From NCBI RefSeq assembly GCF_006345805.1, contig NC_042998.1, positions 87,916,001 to 87,980,000 on the forward strand: DNA of 64,000 bases. The letters are read 5' to 3'. Position 1 is the stretch's first letter; each line of letters starts with the position of its first letter. This stretch comes from Octopus sinensis (taxonomy: Eukaryota). The notes below the pieces were generated by a model that did not search any database, was not told where the DNA came from, and worked only from the letters and a program-made list of their open reading frames with translations. Shown piece by piece: positions 51,140 to 64,000 of the stretch. Both the position numbers and the translations under genes were made by a program.

Positions 51140-52484
51140 ACACACGCGCGCGCGCGCATGCATATGCATTTATGCCCTCTCCTCCACACCCAACAATTAC
51201 CATAACATGCAGCAGGAGACTATGTATTATCTAATTGCCTTGAGTGGTGGAATCTTTCCTTGGATAGCTCCCACATTCCTGAAAAGTTCAAGATTCTTTT
51301 CAAGAGCTATATGATCGTAGTTGCTATATCTGGACCAGGTGCTTTATCTTACACCATGATAGTCCTACTTTATTGTCAACCACGTGAATCACCTTAATTT
51401 AGTGTCAAATGGCCAGCTTAAATGTTGAGTTGTATCACAACTCAGTTTTCCACTAAATATTATCAGAATGAATCCACATAATTTCCATGTATTAATGGAG
51501 TAAATAATGAACTGCTTCTTAATAGATACAAATCCTGCCTTAAGTGCTCCTTTCTTTCGTTTGTCAATATAAACGGTAACTCGATCCCTCTAGAAACTGG
51601 AAAAAATAACTCATTACCAAATAAGATGGCACTCTGTCCTACAGATACCAACATGTTTTACATATCATACAAGAAAAAATTGCTCTCTCTATGCCATGAA
51701 ACTGGAATGGGACACTCTTTCTTTGTGACTTATTTGTGTTTAAAAGACTACAAAGGTAATGATTATTACCACATTAGTGATAAGATCTACTTATCTTAAT
51801 TGCCTAAATTCTTTGTGGTTTCTAATGCTTCATGATATAATGAGACAACAGTCACCTGCCCACATCTAACACGTCTCTGTCCTCGGGCTGAGTAAACGAT
51901 AGAAGCATGTCCAGTCAACCAAATTGCGCATTTCTACATACGCAAATTCAGCACTGTAACATAATGAGGCGAAACTCTCCGATATACAGGTTCGACATAT
52001 TGGATTAATTCCTAAAATCAGTTACTCATTTGATGACCTTCAAACTTGTTACTTTCTAGAAATGGCAGAAATGTCACTCAAATTAGACGAACGGTACACA
52101 TTGAGACATTATGTTTCTACACAAAGTAACCTCAGCTTAAAAGAGATTTTTCGTTTTGGCTTTATGTTTTCCATTCAAATGTGAAATTTCTGCTGGAATT
52201 TTCCAATTTTTTTTATATTCCTATTGTCTGGTTTATGTTGTATGGCTTGGCCTTCAAACGATTTTGTATTCATTTGCGTGTTTTTTTTTCTCTTTTGACT
52301 TTCATATATAAACTAACTATCCTAGCTGTGAGCATCTTGACGTTTATTTTCGGCATTGAAATTTCAGTGCATATATTTGTTGGTTTGTATTTTAATCCAT
52401 ATAGGTAAAAGGTAACGTTCTTTGTTACAGGTTTCTAACAGACAATCATTGGCAGACTGTTACATGTATATGTGTATGTAAGTC

Positions 52485-52630
52485 ATTATTCAGTTTTATT
52501 TCAAGATTTCTTGTCAATAGAGAAAGAGCCGGTTACTAACCTAGATCCTAAGCTCCTTCATTGGAATTTGAACATCAACAGTAGGGTATTTTTGTATGTA
52601 TGTATATGTGCAGATTTGTATGCTTTGTTT
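52485..52630 (+). repeat. ~115-bp (TATG)n-associated core (copy 2 of 4)
   Basis: Same core as 9325-9580 and the same downstream tgtgcagatttgtatg. Confidence 0.85.
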
Positions 52631-53049
52631 TATGTATACCATATATCTAGACATGCTCATATATACTTAAATGACAAACTTCTGGGCCTGTATGTATGTA
52701 CGTACTTACGTATGTATGTCTGTGTATATGTATGTATTTACGTATGTGTGTAAGTGTGTGTTTATGTGCATGTACATATATATATATACAAATAAAGAGA
52801 TAAAGATAGAGATAGAGAGAAGGGAGAGATACATACATGCACAAACACAAACACATACATACATGCAAATATATATGTACCTATATATGTGTGCGCATGT
52901 GTGTAAGTGAGCAACGTGTTGTGTATTAGAACACTTAAATATCTTTTTTTTTTATATTTCAATTTTAAGCCTTTCACTGCAGAACTTTGAACACATATGA
53001 ATACATCTTGTTCTGCTCATAAAACGGTAAATAAAGGTCATTGCCTTGG

Positions 53050-53085
53050 AATGTTTCAAGTTTCGTTACAACTCATCAGAACATT
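53050..53085 (-). ncRNA. Decayed hammerhead remnant
   Basis: aatgtt-CTGATGA-gtt(gt)aac-GAAA-cttg-A-aacatt. 6-bp stem I and canonical core, but U16.1 is absent and loop 2 is too short. Confidence 0.3.
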
Positions 53086-53639
53086 ACATTTTTATTTTCC
53101 TTCCACTCGAAAGAGCTTATAATTAATCGTTAATTGCATGAAATACAAGCAATAAATTAGCTGTAATGGCCAGTCTCGTTTGGCTAATCTAATTCACCAA
53201 TCTGATGTGAGTTTATCAACAGCATGAGTTAAAAATTAATAAGTATCTATGCACACCACAACGTCTAATAATAAGCGTGAGAAAACCTTAACATAAAACT
53301 ACAGTTTTTATGTTTTCACAGATGAACATTAAATAGATGTGAACACACTTTGTTTTTCTGTTTCTGCAAGAAAAAAGTAGTAAAATATATTTTCGCTAGG
53401 AACGAGAAAAGGATTCAATTCATGGCAACTCAGACATCTACTTCCTGTGGGCTTCATTCAGAATGAGCAAGTGTAACACGACACACTAATAAATTCTATG
53501 TGCATGTCTATTGGTTATTTCTTTCGTAGCCAAGGGTGTTAGACACATACATATGTAAATACATAATATATATATATATATATATATACATACATATATA
53601 TGTGTGTGTGTATATGTATGTATATATGCATATATAAAT

Positions 53640-53756
<117 letters not shown>

Positions 53757-53981
53757 GAAATATTAAAATTATTAAGTCTCTCTAAAAGAGAACACGGCAG
53801 CGTTCCTGGAAATTAATAGTTATCGCCATACTAATATGGCATTCTTATAAAAATAAGAATAAAGCTGTCCGCTTATTAGCTCCATGAGGCCATCGCCTTA
53901 AGTTAGCTATTTGATACACAAACTGTATCCATATAACCTTCGAACAAGGGAGGTCAGTCGCTCCACACTACTTGATCGACA

Positions 53982-54023
53982 GCTACAGACGCGTTTCGGG
54001 GTATTGCCCCTTGTCAATGTAGC
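53982..54023 (-). ncRNA. Minimal type I hammerhead motif, family 3 (inverted arm)
   Basis: Reverse complement of 54171-54212. Confidence 0.8.
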
Positions 54024-54170
54024 GTAGTCAGACCAGTACAAAGTTTCGTTGAGGATTCTTTTTTCCTTTTAAAATTATTTACTTGTCTGTTCGACCGTTT
54101 CACATGACTTTATTCATTAAAACTTATTAAAACTTTAGAAGTTCTTACAACTTTGTACTGGTCTGACTAC

Positions 54171-54212
54171 GCTACATTGACAAGGGGCAATACCCCGAAA
54201 CGCGTCTGTAGC
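54171..54212 (+). ncRNA. Minimal type I hammerhead motif, family 3 (U3-A8 variant)
   Basis: gctaca-TTGACAA-gggg(caata)cccc-GAAA-cgcg-T-C-tgtagc. 6-bp stem I, 4 GC pairs in stem II, palindromic ACGCGT, GUC triplet. Predicted cleavage after 54206. Confidence 0.82.
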
Positions 54213-54383
54213 TGTCGATCAAGTAGTGTGGAGCGACTGACCTCCCTTGTTCGAAGGTTATATGGATACAGTTTGTGTATCAAATAGCTAACTTAAGGCG
54301 ATGGCCTCATGGAGCTAATAAGCGGACAGCTTTATTCTTATTTTTATAAGAATGCCATATTAGTATGGCGATAACTATATATA

Positions 54384-54423
<40 letters not shown>

Positions 54424-54427
<4 letters not shown>

Positions 54428-54470
54428 TAGCTAAACAGCTCGTCGTTGCTGGGAAATTCTTACAATAGAA
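54424..54470 (-). mobile_element. Possible Helitron 3' terminus
   Basis: Minus strand ...cccagcaacgacgagctgtttagCTAG-T: a CTAG end before T with a degenerate GC-rich hairpin-like stretch upstream. Confidence 0.4.
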
Positions 54471-55759
54471 TGTCTTATATAAATCTTTGTTCATTCCATG
54501 TCAGACCATGCCTTCCCCGACAGATAGGCCTCTTGATCAGGACAGATTTGTGCAATTGTTTGCAAAAAATATCGTTGAGGATTCTTTTTTCCTTTTAAAA
54601 TTATTTACTTGTCTGTTCGACCGTTTCACATGACTTTATTCATTAAAACTTATTAAAACTTTAGAAGTTCTTACAACTTTGGTCGTCGTAATGCTTTGTT
54701 TTCGTTTGTTTAATCAAAATTCCTTCTCGTAATGATTTTGCTTTCATTTTGTGATAGATAGATATCATGTAGAAAATACTAGCTTCCAAATCTTGTTTTC
54801 TGATAGGTAAAATTAATTAAACTTGAAACCTGAGTAACATTTTTTCCGCAATTTTTCTGGATCAAATAAATAGCAAAATCGGATTTAACGTGGAAAATTA
54901 TTTCAATATAGCAAATTTGAAAATTTTGATGCAATTTTAAAATCTCACAATATGTGACAGCAATAGGGAAGACCTTACAAAAGTATAGAGACAGACAGTC
55001 ATAGGACGTCACACACACACACTGAAACACACCCACACACATTTACACACTGGTAATCACGACTTTAAAAGGTGCATAGTAGACATATGTATGTAAGCAT
55101 TTATGTACGTTTGTATGTATATATATGTATGTATGTGTGTATGTGCGTATATGTGAGTGCTACTTTGCGATGGACAGCAGAAAAGCCACCTATCCTCCAC
55201 TATTTAAAACAACGTATTCCTCACACCCACCCATCTTTTCTTCCTCAGCGTTTTAAATGTTACTTATGAAAGCTCTATTAACGTTACCATTCCACTGACA
55301 CCCCATATTTCTTGCTTACACAACGCTGTCCTCCCCTTCTCTGACACTAGCCACACTCACTATGCCACCACATTTCCCTCACTCTAGCACTCTTCTCATT
55401 TTATCGAGTAATAGCCCAACCAACCTCGGGGGTCCATTATAGATTTTTATTCAAATCCAATTAACTTATAATTGAACAGGATGTTAGCTCAACATGTATA
55501 CAAAGTTTAGACAAGATTGCTTCACTGGTTTAGGCAGTAAGATGGTAACAGACAGATAGGCAGACAGAAATTGCCATTTATGTATAAGATATGGGTGTTT
55601 GTGTGCGTGTGGATTGCTGGATAGATGTTGTGAGTGTGAGTATGTGTAAATGTTTTACAACAGTATCGTATTTCAGGATAACAAACTTAATATCAAATGT
55701 CTCAGTTTATTTAGATATCAGTTTCAAATTTTTGCTCAAGGTCAGCGACTTTGTTTTTC

Positions 55760-55935
55760 TGGTGGTGGAGCCGATGTATTCGACCCCCTTGATCAATTGG
55801 AACTTGTTTTATCGACCCCCTAGAGGATGAAAGGCAAAATCGAGCTCAACGGAATTTGAACTCGAACGTAAAGACGGACGAAATACCACTCAGCATTTTA
55901 CTTGGCGCGGCAACGATTTTGCTAGTTTCTAGCCT
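55760..55935 (-). mobile_element. Degenerate OK-type SINE
   Basis: ttttatcgaccccctagaggatgaaaggcaaaatcgagctcaacggaatttgaactcgaacgtaaagacggacg. Confidence 0.8.
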
Positions 55936-57139
55936 TAGTTTATTTAGATATTGGCGATAATTATAAGTACATCATTCTAAAATGTTTTGACTGAAACTTT
56001 TATTCTTCATCAACTTCATAGAAGTTGCAGCACTATAACGGAAAGTCTGAGTTTAATTAGACGTATGCCTTGTTTTCATTCACGTTCCTTATATGTTTTC
56101 ACGATATATTTCCTTACAAAATAATAATTGTTGAAAATTTGATTAATATTTATTTACTTCTTTTTTTTCTTTTTCATTCTTTTCTTCTCTTTGGAAGTCG
56201 TCTGATTGAAGCTTAATAGCTTTCATACATAAGACATATCTATTATATTTTATCTATTTTCTTCTTAAATATTTATTAAACAAAAAATACCCAAGTATTT
56301 ATAATATTTCTGAGTTATAATCAAGTATATTCCAACAGCTATAATGTAGTGGAAATTGCGGATATTAAAGGCAGACTGGTTTTGATTGATATGAACTGTT
56401 AAAAAAAAAAGATGGTGAATTTTTGGAACGCAGCTCGATTCAAGATAATAGATTTTTTTTCTTCTTTTTGTTCATTCTTGCTGTTTTTCTCTTGGCAGAT
56501 GATACGAAAATACTATTATTAATTTTTTTTTTTTTTTGACTGACTTCTTTTCATCCCTTTATAGATGTTTAGCAATCAAAGAATACCCAAATATTTATAA
56601 TAGTTAGTAGTTGAGCTTATGAGTGTATTTCGTTGGGTATAGTATAATGTGATGAAAAACACAAACGGATATTAAGAACATACGATGTATTTGTTGGTCA
56701 GCAGCAAAACGAGACTTGCCGGAAATTGAAGTTACTTCATTCAAACTGTATATCTATCTTCAATAATCGCTATTTATCACTCCAACTAACATTTCTACTT
56801 AAATAATTTTGCTTTCCGTTTACGTTTTCTTATATATATATTTTATTTTCCTTACTTTTGATTCCTTTACAGTCCAGATAATATTCATTAACTTTATGAT
56901 ACGTTTGTATGTATGAATGTATGTTGGTATTTATATTATGCATGTAAATACGAAGGGAAGTGAAGATTATATAAAAAAAAAAGAGGAAGGAAGAGTAGAG
57001 GTTGTATGGCTCTTTCACTGCCTGACTGACTGCTGCCTGCATGCTGGGCGATAAGTTGATTGGTGGATTACTACTGTTAGGTATATACAGGATCAATATA
57101 TTAGTCTATATTCAGCCGACTGGTTTATGGATAATTACA

Positions 57140-57600
57140 TACCTACATGCATAAAAACATAAATGTAAGTATACACATGTACATACATACTTGCAATACA
57201 CACGCATGCATGCATTCACACACACACACATATATATACATATATATACAAATATCATATAAACATACCTATACAGACACATGTTTGTGTGTATATAATT
57301 CATACAATATGGATATATACATATATATATATATACACTCGCGCATACATACATACGTACATACGTACATACGTACATACATACATGCATGCATACATGC
57401 ATGCATACATATATACATACATACATACATACATACATGCATGCATGCATGCATGCATACATACATACATACATACATACATACATACATACATACATAC
57501 ATACATACATGCATGCACACATGCATACATACATACATACATACATACATACATACATACATACATACATACATACATACATACATACGTGCGTACGTAC
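57140..57600. repeat. (CATA)n/(CATG)n microsatellite field
   Basis: Directly visible. Confidence 0.95.
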
Positions 57601-58614
57601 GTCCATCAAACGAACAACAAAACATACTCATAAGGAAAAAGAGAGTATAGCTAATATGTGTCCGAAGCAAAATAGTTGGCAGAGACGCTAGCTTACTGGA
57701 CTAAACATTTCACTATATTTTATCAACTAAATTCTGCGATCAAAACCAGCCGAATCTAACTTAACTTTTATTTTTCTGGGTGTCGATAAGGTATACGTGT
57801 TGGGGTTGACCGTACTGACAATTACTGAATCATCTAACGCAGTTTCTGATCATGTAAAGGAATCCAAATTGTGACATGATCAGAAGATAAAACTGCAGCT
57901 TCCACACATGAGTATAATTTCTTAGCATGTATCATCCTTGATCTAATTCGTCCTGGTAGTCGCGAGCTGGCATAGACATCATTTAGGTTCGCCCACCATT
58001 GACCCAGTGGAACATATCCAGAAATGTGACAGTTAGAAGAAAAGAGGACTGCACCAGCATTCGGTCAGTCCTTCTTTTTAGTAGAGTAAACTCGAGTAAC
58101 GTGAAATATTGTGCCACTCGGTCCTGGAATCCAAAACATAACCCCAGGATCGTGAGCCAAACACCCTAATTACTATATCGTGTGACTTCACAATAAGATA
58201 TTTAAACACATTATTAGGTGATGGGTAAACTTCAGCAAAGAATTTAGAAGGTATTTTGATGTGTAAAGTAGTAAAATAAACCATGTTGAGGAACCCCGTC
58301 ACTCCAGATTCCCTTGAGTTGTAGTACAAAATTTGCTGAGAAAGTGCAGTCGGGTGCCATATGGCTCTGTACCGCACTGTAGGGGAGATAATGATGGGAG
58401 CAAATAGCAATACAAACATTCCAATACGATACAAGAATAGTTAGATCTTTATGGCAGTCGAAGAGCAAATTCGGAAATGGATGGAATACTTTCAGGAAAT
58501 ACTCGACCAACCAGTCCCAGATATTGTTTGATTTCACTTTAGAACCAGCAGCTACATCTCTTAAAACCGTGATGGACAAATTCAGGAAACGAGAAACAAT
58601 GTCAACGCTATGAA

Positions 58615-58720
58615 GCACAACGAGACTGCAGAGCTGGACAAGATCTCAGCAGAATTGCTGAAGTATAGTGGTGACAGTTGGTTGCAGTATTGATAAAGTT
58701 GATGAATCACTGTTGCTAAG
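58615..58720 (+). mobile_element. Short LINE RT N-terminal remnant (tentative)
   Basis: NETAELDKISAELLKYSGD resembles the K..G.D.I.AELLK.gG motif at the start of non-LTR RT domains. Confidence 0.4.
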
Positions 58721-58735
58721 AAGTCTCTCAAAATT

Positions 58736-58766
<31 letters not shown>

Positions 58767-59086
58767 TACATAAATATATGATAAGCTTCTGCACAGTTCT
58801 TTTTACAAAGTTCCATCACTGATAGGACCGCCGTTAAAGTAAAAATACATTCGTCCAAGGTGCTACGCTGTGAAACTAAACTCGAAAGGAACTTTTTAAC
58901 CACTTATTCACGACTGCCCCTACCATACAGCCGAGCATGCGCTATAATTCACACACAAATACACAAACACATACACACACACACACATATTGTATAAAAG
59001 ATCGTGGGTAAGGCCAAAACAATGCGAAGTAAATGCAAGGTAAATCACAAGAAAACAAATATGTGAATGAATGTATACTTACTTTT

Positions 59087-59274
59087 TTCAATATTCCGGG
59101 GTTATGACCCCATTTTCAAGAAATTTTCGAATGTTACCGATGTGCATGTGAGTGAGCGTTTGTGGAGTGGGCATGCACAGGAGGGTGTTGCTATAGCAAC
59201 CAGCTAGCTTCCTTTAATTCCCTTCTATTGTTGATCTTGGGTTGAAAATGGGGTCATAACATCGAATTATTGAA
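59087..59274. mobile_element. ~190-bp MITE-like element
   Basis: Perfect 19-bp inverted repeat gttatgaccccattttcaa (59101-59119) / ttgaaaatggggtcataac (59242-59260), extended by imperfect outer pairing. Confidence 0.65.
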
Positions 59275-59475
59275 TACAAGTTAAATCTACATTAATTCAC
59301 ATATTTGTTTTCTTGTGATTTACCTAGCATTTATTTCGCATTGTTTTGGCCTCACCCACGATCTTTTATACAATATATTCTATACAGTGGTGGTGCTCCA
59401 GCATGGCCGCAGCCTTCGGGCTAAAACATTTTTAAGGATTTTAAGGACAATGTTTTATAGTAATTACTCCATTAT

Positions 59476-59539
<64 letters not shown>

Positions 59540-59544
<5 letters not shown>

Positions 59545-59705
59545 CACAGGAGTGGCTGTGTGGTACGTAGCTTGCTTACCAACCACATGATTCTGGGTTC
59601 AGTCCCATTGCGTGTCACCTTAGGCAAGTGCTTTCTACTATAGCCTCGGGGCGACCAAAGCCTCGTGAGTGAATCTGGTAGTCAGAAACTGAAAGACTGT
59701 CGTAT
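59540..59705 (+). mobile_element. OR/CORE-type SINE 5' half with tRNA-derived head
   Basis: A-box-like tggctgtgtgg, B-box-like gggttcagtcc, then a CORE-like gtcacctaggcaagtg stretch. Confidence 0.88.
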
Positions 59706-59718
59706 ATATATATATATG

Positions 59719-59751
<33 letters not shown>

Positions 59752-59775
59752 TTTCTTTAAAAGCAGCAGAAATAT

Positions 59776-59828
59776 AACAAAAGTTGTTACTCGGAGTTTC
59801 GCATTCCTACTCGTCGGACAGTTTTGTT
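59776..59828 (-). ncRNA. Type I hammerhead-like motif (U4C variant)
   Basis: aacaaaa-c-tgt-CCGACGA-gta(GGAA)tgc-GAAA-ctc(c)gag-T-A-aca-ac-ttttgtt. Bipartite stem I (3+7 bp), GNRA loop 2, palindromic stem III, GUA triplet. Runs 3' into (TA)n at ~59750. Confidence 0.6.
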
Positions 59829-61100
59829 AAAATAGAACAGAAATAAAGATATGATCAAAACTAGTTAAAGGATACACCTTTAAAAATGGATTTGTTTCAT
59901 TGTTTATCGCATAAGCATGCGATAAACAAAATAAACAAAATAAGTGAATTCAATATAAATTCATTCTATTGCAAAAAAAAAATCGAGGAAAAACCTTAAA
60001 TCGAAGAGCGGATTCAAAATACATATTGTCAATAATTATATATGAAATATAATTCGATTAATACAAGTAATACATTAAAAATTTTAATATTTTACAGCAG
60101 TATATACGCATACTAAACCATCAATATACATATATACATCAAAATACACAGCTGGATATACACAATCCACATACATATGCAGACGTATATATGTAAGACG
60201 TAAATATACATACAAATACACATATACACATGTATACATACGCATGCAAAAATCACTTGGTGTATACATATAGACTAAAAGTAAAATGCGTAGAGGGGGA
60301 AAGAAAAAGAAAAGGAAAGGATCTTAGCGAAAGACGTGGGTAAGAGAAGGGTAGGGGCGCAAAGTTAATACAAGTAATGAATGAGGGTAGAAATTGATAT
60401 CAATCAATTTAAACTAGTAGTCTAGCGTATTTTAAAAAATCCGAAAATTAACAAATTTTATTTCAAGTATTAAGAGGAATGAACACTAAAGCGGATTCAT
60501 AATATGCTAAAGATAGACGTCAAATCGCCTTACCACGAAAAGTGTGTTCTCAAGAAAAATCTCAGTATATGGTAAATGAAAGACGGAAGATGGAATCTAC
60601 GAGAATTTTTATTAATCATGACAATTGTTTCGACACATCTAGCATCGATTAGTCGCAGGTGGGACACTTAACAACTGCTTCTTTGTAACACCACACGCAC
60701 ATCCTCTGAAGCACTTTCAACTTTCAGAGATAGGACATCCAAATAATCGGCAATTCACCCGTGGCCGTAACCACTCGTGCATTTATTCCAGTATTCCACT
60801 ATTATCGTTTCAATAAGAGTTTATACACTGTTACACTACCTGAGTATCACCCGAACCGAGTTCATCCACTCTGCTTATCAATCTTCTTTCTTAATCCCAG
60901 ATCTGAGAAACTTTTACATTAGCCACCTAAGTCCGCTTACCCTATAATAGTAGTGCAGCTTGGAGTGAGGACAATGAATGAAAGAAACAATAAAATAAAA
61001 TAAACGACTATGACCATTCTGTTCTCCAAATAAAGAATTAAACCAATAAAAACTACAACAATTTTGTTAAGAAATAAACCACATCAACTCTTCGCAACTG

Positions 61101-61297
61101 GAATGTATGTATGTATGTATGTATGTATGTATGTATGTATGTGTATGTATGTATGTATGTATGTATGTATGTATGTATGTTGTATGTATGTATGCATGCA
61201 TGTATGTATGTATGATGTATGTATGTATGTATGTATGTATGCATGTATGTATGTATGTATGTATGTATGCATGCATGCATGCATGTATGTATGTATG

Positions 61298-61329
<32 letters not shown>

Positions 61330-61647
61330 TGTATGCATGCATGTATGTATGTATGTATGTATGTAGTATGTATGTATGTATGTATGTATGTACGTATGTA
61401 TGTATGTATGTATGTATGTATGTATGTATGTATGTATGTATGTATGTCCTTGTTCAGCTTTATTTCAAGATTTCTTGCCAATAGAGAAAGAGCCAGTTTC
61501 TAACTTAGATCCAAGATTCCTTCATTGAAATTTCAACATTAACAGCAGGGTATTTTTGTTTGTTCGCTTGTTTGTTTATTTGTTTGTTTGTGTGTATGTA
61601 TGTATGTGTATGTATGTATGTATGTATGTATGTATTATGTATGTATG

Positions 61648-61679
<32 letters not shown>

Positions 61680-62180
61680 TGTATGTATGTTGTATGTATG
61701 TATGCATGCATGCATGCATGTATGTATGTATGTATGTATGTATGTATGTATGCATGTATGTATGTATGTATGTATGTATGCATGCATGCATGCATGTATG
61801 TATGTATGTGTATGTATGTATGTATGTATGTATGTATGTATGCATGCATGTATGTATGTATGTATGTATGTATGTATGTATGTATGTATGTATGTATGTA
61901 TGTACGTATGTATGTATGTATGTATGTATGTATGTATGTATGTATGTATGTATGTATGTCCTTGTTCAGCTTTATTTCAAGATTTCTTGCCAATAGAGAA
62001 AGAGCCAGTTTCTAACTTAGATCCAAGATTCCTTCATTGAAATTTCAACATTAACAGCAGGGTATTTTTGTTTGTTCGCTTGTTTGTTTATTTGTTTGTT
62101 TGTGTGTATGTATGTATGTATGTATGTATGTATGTATGTATGTATGTATGTATGTATGTATGTTGTATGTATGTATGTAT
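61101..62180. repeat. (TATG)n field with a 512-bp direct duplication carrying copies 3 and 4 of the ~115-bp core
   Basis: gtccttgttcagctttatttcaagatttcttgcc starts at 61446 and at 61958. Confidence 0.93.
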
Positions 62181-62604
62181 GTCTGTCTGCCTGTACCAAC
62201 CAGAATGGGTTAAGAAATGAATTTATTGTTGAAAATAGCCTACTAATATAAGAATAAAGTTGAAGGTAAATAATTATTGATTTAAGTATAGAATGAATTT
62301 GAAGTACCGTCGTTGCACAGTGAGTAATTTCATTACAAACAAGTGGGTATTCAGTTAACGTAACACAAATAAAAACTCTTAATAGAGCTGAATGTAATGT
62401 TACGGTCAAATACATCTCCAAATACTGAAGATTTGGTATTGTTTCTCAGTTTTACAGATCAGCTGAATGAATGAATTTCCAATGAATCTCCATTGTGTGT
62501 TTTGCTTTATGCCGATTCTTGAAGAAACATGAACTTTACTAGTGAGTAATTAAATATTTTACTGTTTGGCATAAAAAATTGTATCTTTCTTCTCTTTCCC
62601 GCTA

Positions 62605-62780
<176 letters not shown>

Positions 62781-62817
62781 TATGATAGTAGCCATTTTAA
62801 ACATCATATGTTAGACA

Positions 62818-62860
<43 letters not shown>

Positions 62861-64000
62861 TATATTTATATTGTATATGCATATGTATGCATGTGTATAT
62901 GTGTGTGTATGTGTGTGCATATGTGCGTATGTATGTGTGAATGTTTATGTGTACGTATTTTATTAAGTACTCCTCGGACACATGTACCCTTGATGTAATT
63001 TTCAAGCATAAACAGCATGGTACAGTGTGTGATGTGTTTGTACCTTTCCACTTGCAGCTGCAATCCACCCAAAGGGCTTCTTAGCAGTTTCCATCTGCTT
63101 AATTTCAGTCACAATGTATAGATTAACCTGGAGTTGTAGAAAGTGACAATTATGCAAAATGCCACGCAATGGCATTGAACTCGGAGATTCATGATTATGA
63201 AGCGAAATTCTTAAACATTCGGCTATACTACGCCTACATACACGCGCACACATATACACAAACACACATATATATGTGTGTGTATGCACACACAGCCATA
63301 CACATATATGTATACACACACACATACATACTTGTATACAGACAAGCACACATACTCATACACACGCGCGCACACATTTATATGCATTCATACACAAATC
63401 TGCACATTCTCAAATCAGTCTGCAATGGTTATTTGATGACTGCGACTGAATTCTGTTACACAAAAAAGACAAAAGGCACTAGACATCTCAAAGAAACAAT
63501 TTCATAGCATTACAACCCTTCTTCTTTCGATTGTACTACTTTACCCCCAACACCGCCTCACCCATAATCATCCTTCCACACACAAACTTCATCTACGTTT
63601 CATAATGGGATAAATACTGCTGCTGCAAGGAGTATTGAACAATGCACCTCCTTAGTAAAAAGGGAAACGTACTAAGTATTATATTTAATACAAGCGCAGC
63701 AAGCACTCAACTTAAATAACTACTTACTGCAGTCTAAGGAGGAAGCAAATGATATAATCGTTTATACTCTTTAGACTAACAAATAAACCACACACACACA
63801 CACATACACTTATTCACTAACATCTGTACAAACATACACATAAAGGTACATACAGTTTTAACATAGCATTGGTATGACATTTCTGATCGATTAAACAAAA
63901 TAAATATTTGGAATTTCAAGATAATTAATCGCTAGCTGATGTTCTGTTAAGGGAAATAACTCGATGTTATATTTCTGTGTGAGATTAAGACATTGATATT

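Noticed and set aside
58078-58618. Two overlapping minus-strand ORFs of 118 and 124 aa
   Set aside because: No recognisable domain. The SDGVPQ resemblance to an RT motif is not supported by flanking motifs.
59540-59620. Functional tRNA gene (also considered at 27350-27410 and 38660-38710)
   Set aside because: A/B-box-like motifs are present, but I could not fold a cloverleaf and the sequence continues into a SINE body.
60610-60665. Hammerhead on the minus strand (GAAA-caattg-TC)
   Set aside because: The 3' half fits, but there is no recognisable 7-nt core or stem II.

Overview
AT-rich, microsatellite-dense animal DNA. The SINE and repeat vocabulary is what I recognise from octopus-type cephalopod genomes; that assignment is inference. 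No intact host protein-coding gene is supported, and most ORFs in the track are translations of (TA)n, (TATG)n, (CA)n, (CTT)n or (CTA/CTG)n repeats. The main unannotated signal is a set of minimal type I hammerhead-ribozyme (HHR) motifs, read and base-paired by hand, in about eight to ten unrelated repeat families. Three families sit in long fold-back structures (23.4-24.8 kb, 24.96-25.88 kb, 53.76-54.38 kb). One of these is a ~477-bp tandem repeat and another is a circularly permuted ~487-bp unit. Nearly all HHR units run at their 3' end into (TA)n, and the motifs show all four Watson-Crick versions of the catalytic 3-8 pair. A decayed Penelope-like RT lies at ~39.8-41.1 kb, so the picture fits Penelope-like pLTRs/retrozymes. 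The second highlight is a 2.2-kb ORF1-only (gag-like, CCHC) L1/Tx1-type element with a 10-bp target-site duplication, inserted into a SINE (19311-21507). The rest comprises mariner/Tc1 copies (one near full length, one fold-back derivative), CR1-like and RTE-like LINE 3' ends, tRNA-derived SINEs, MITEs and two near-identical tandem duplications (1698 bp, 512 bp) that may be assembly artefacts. No ribozyme activity can be shown from sequence alone.
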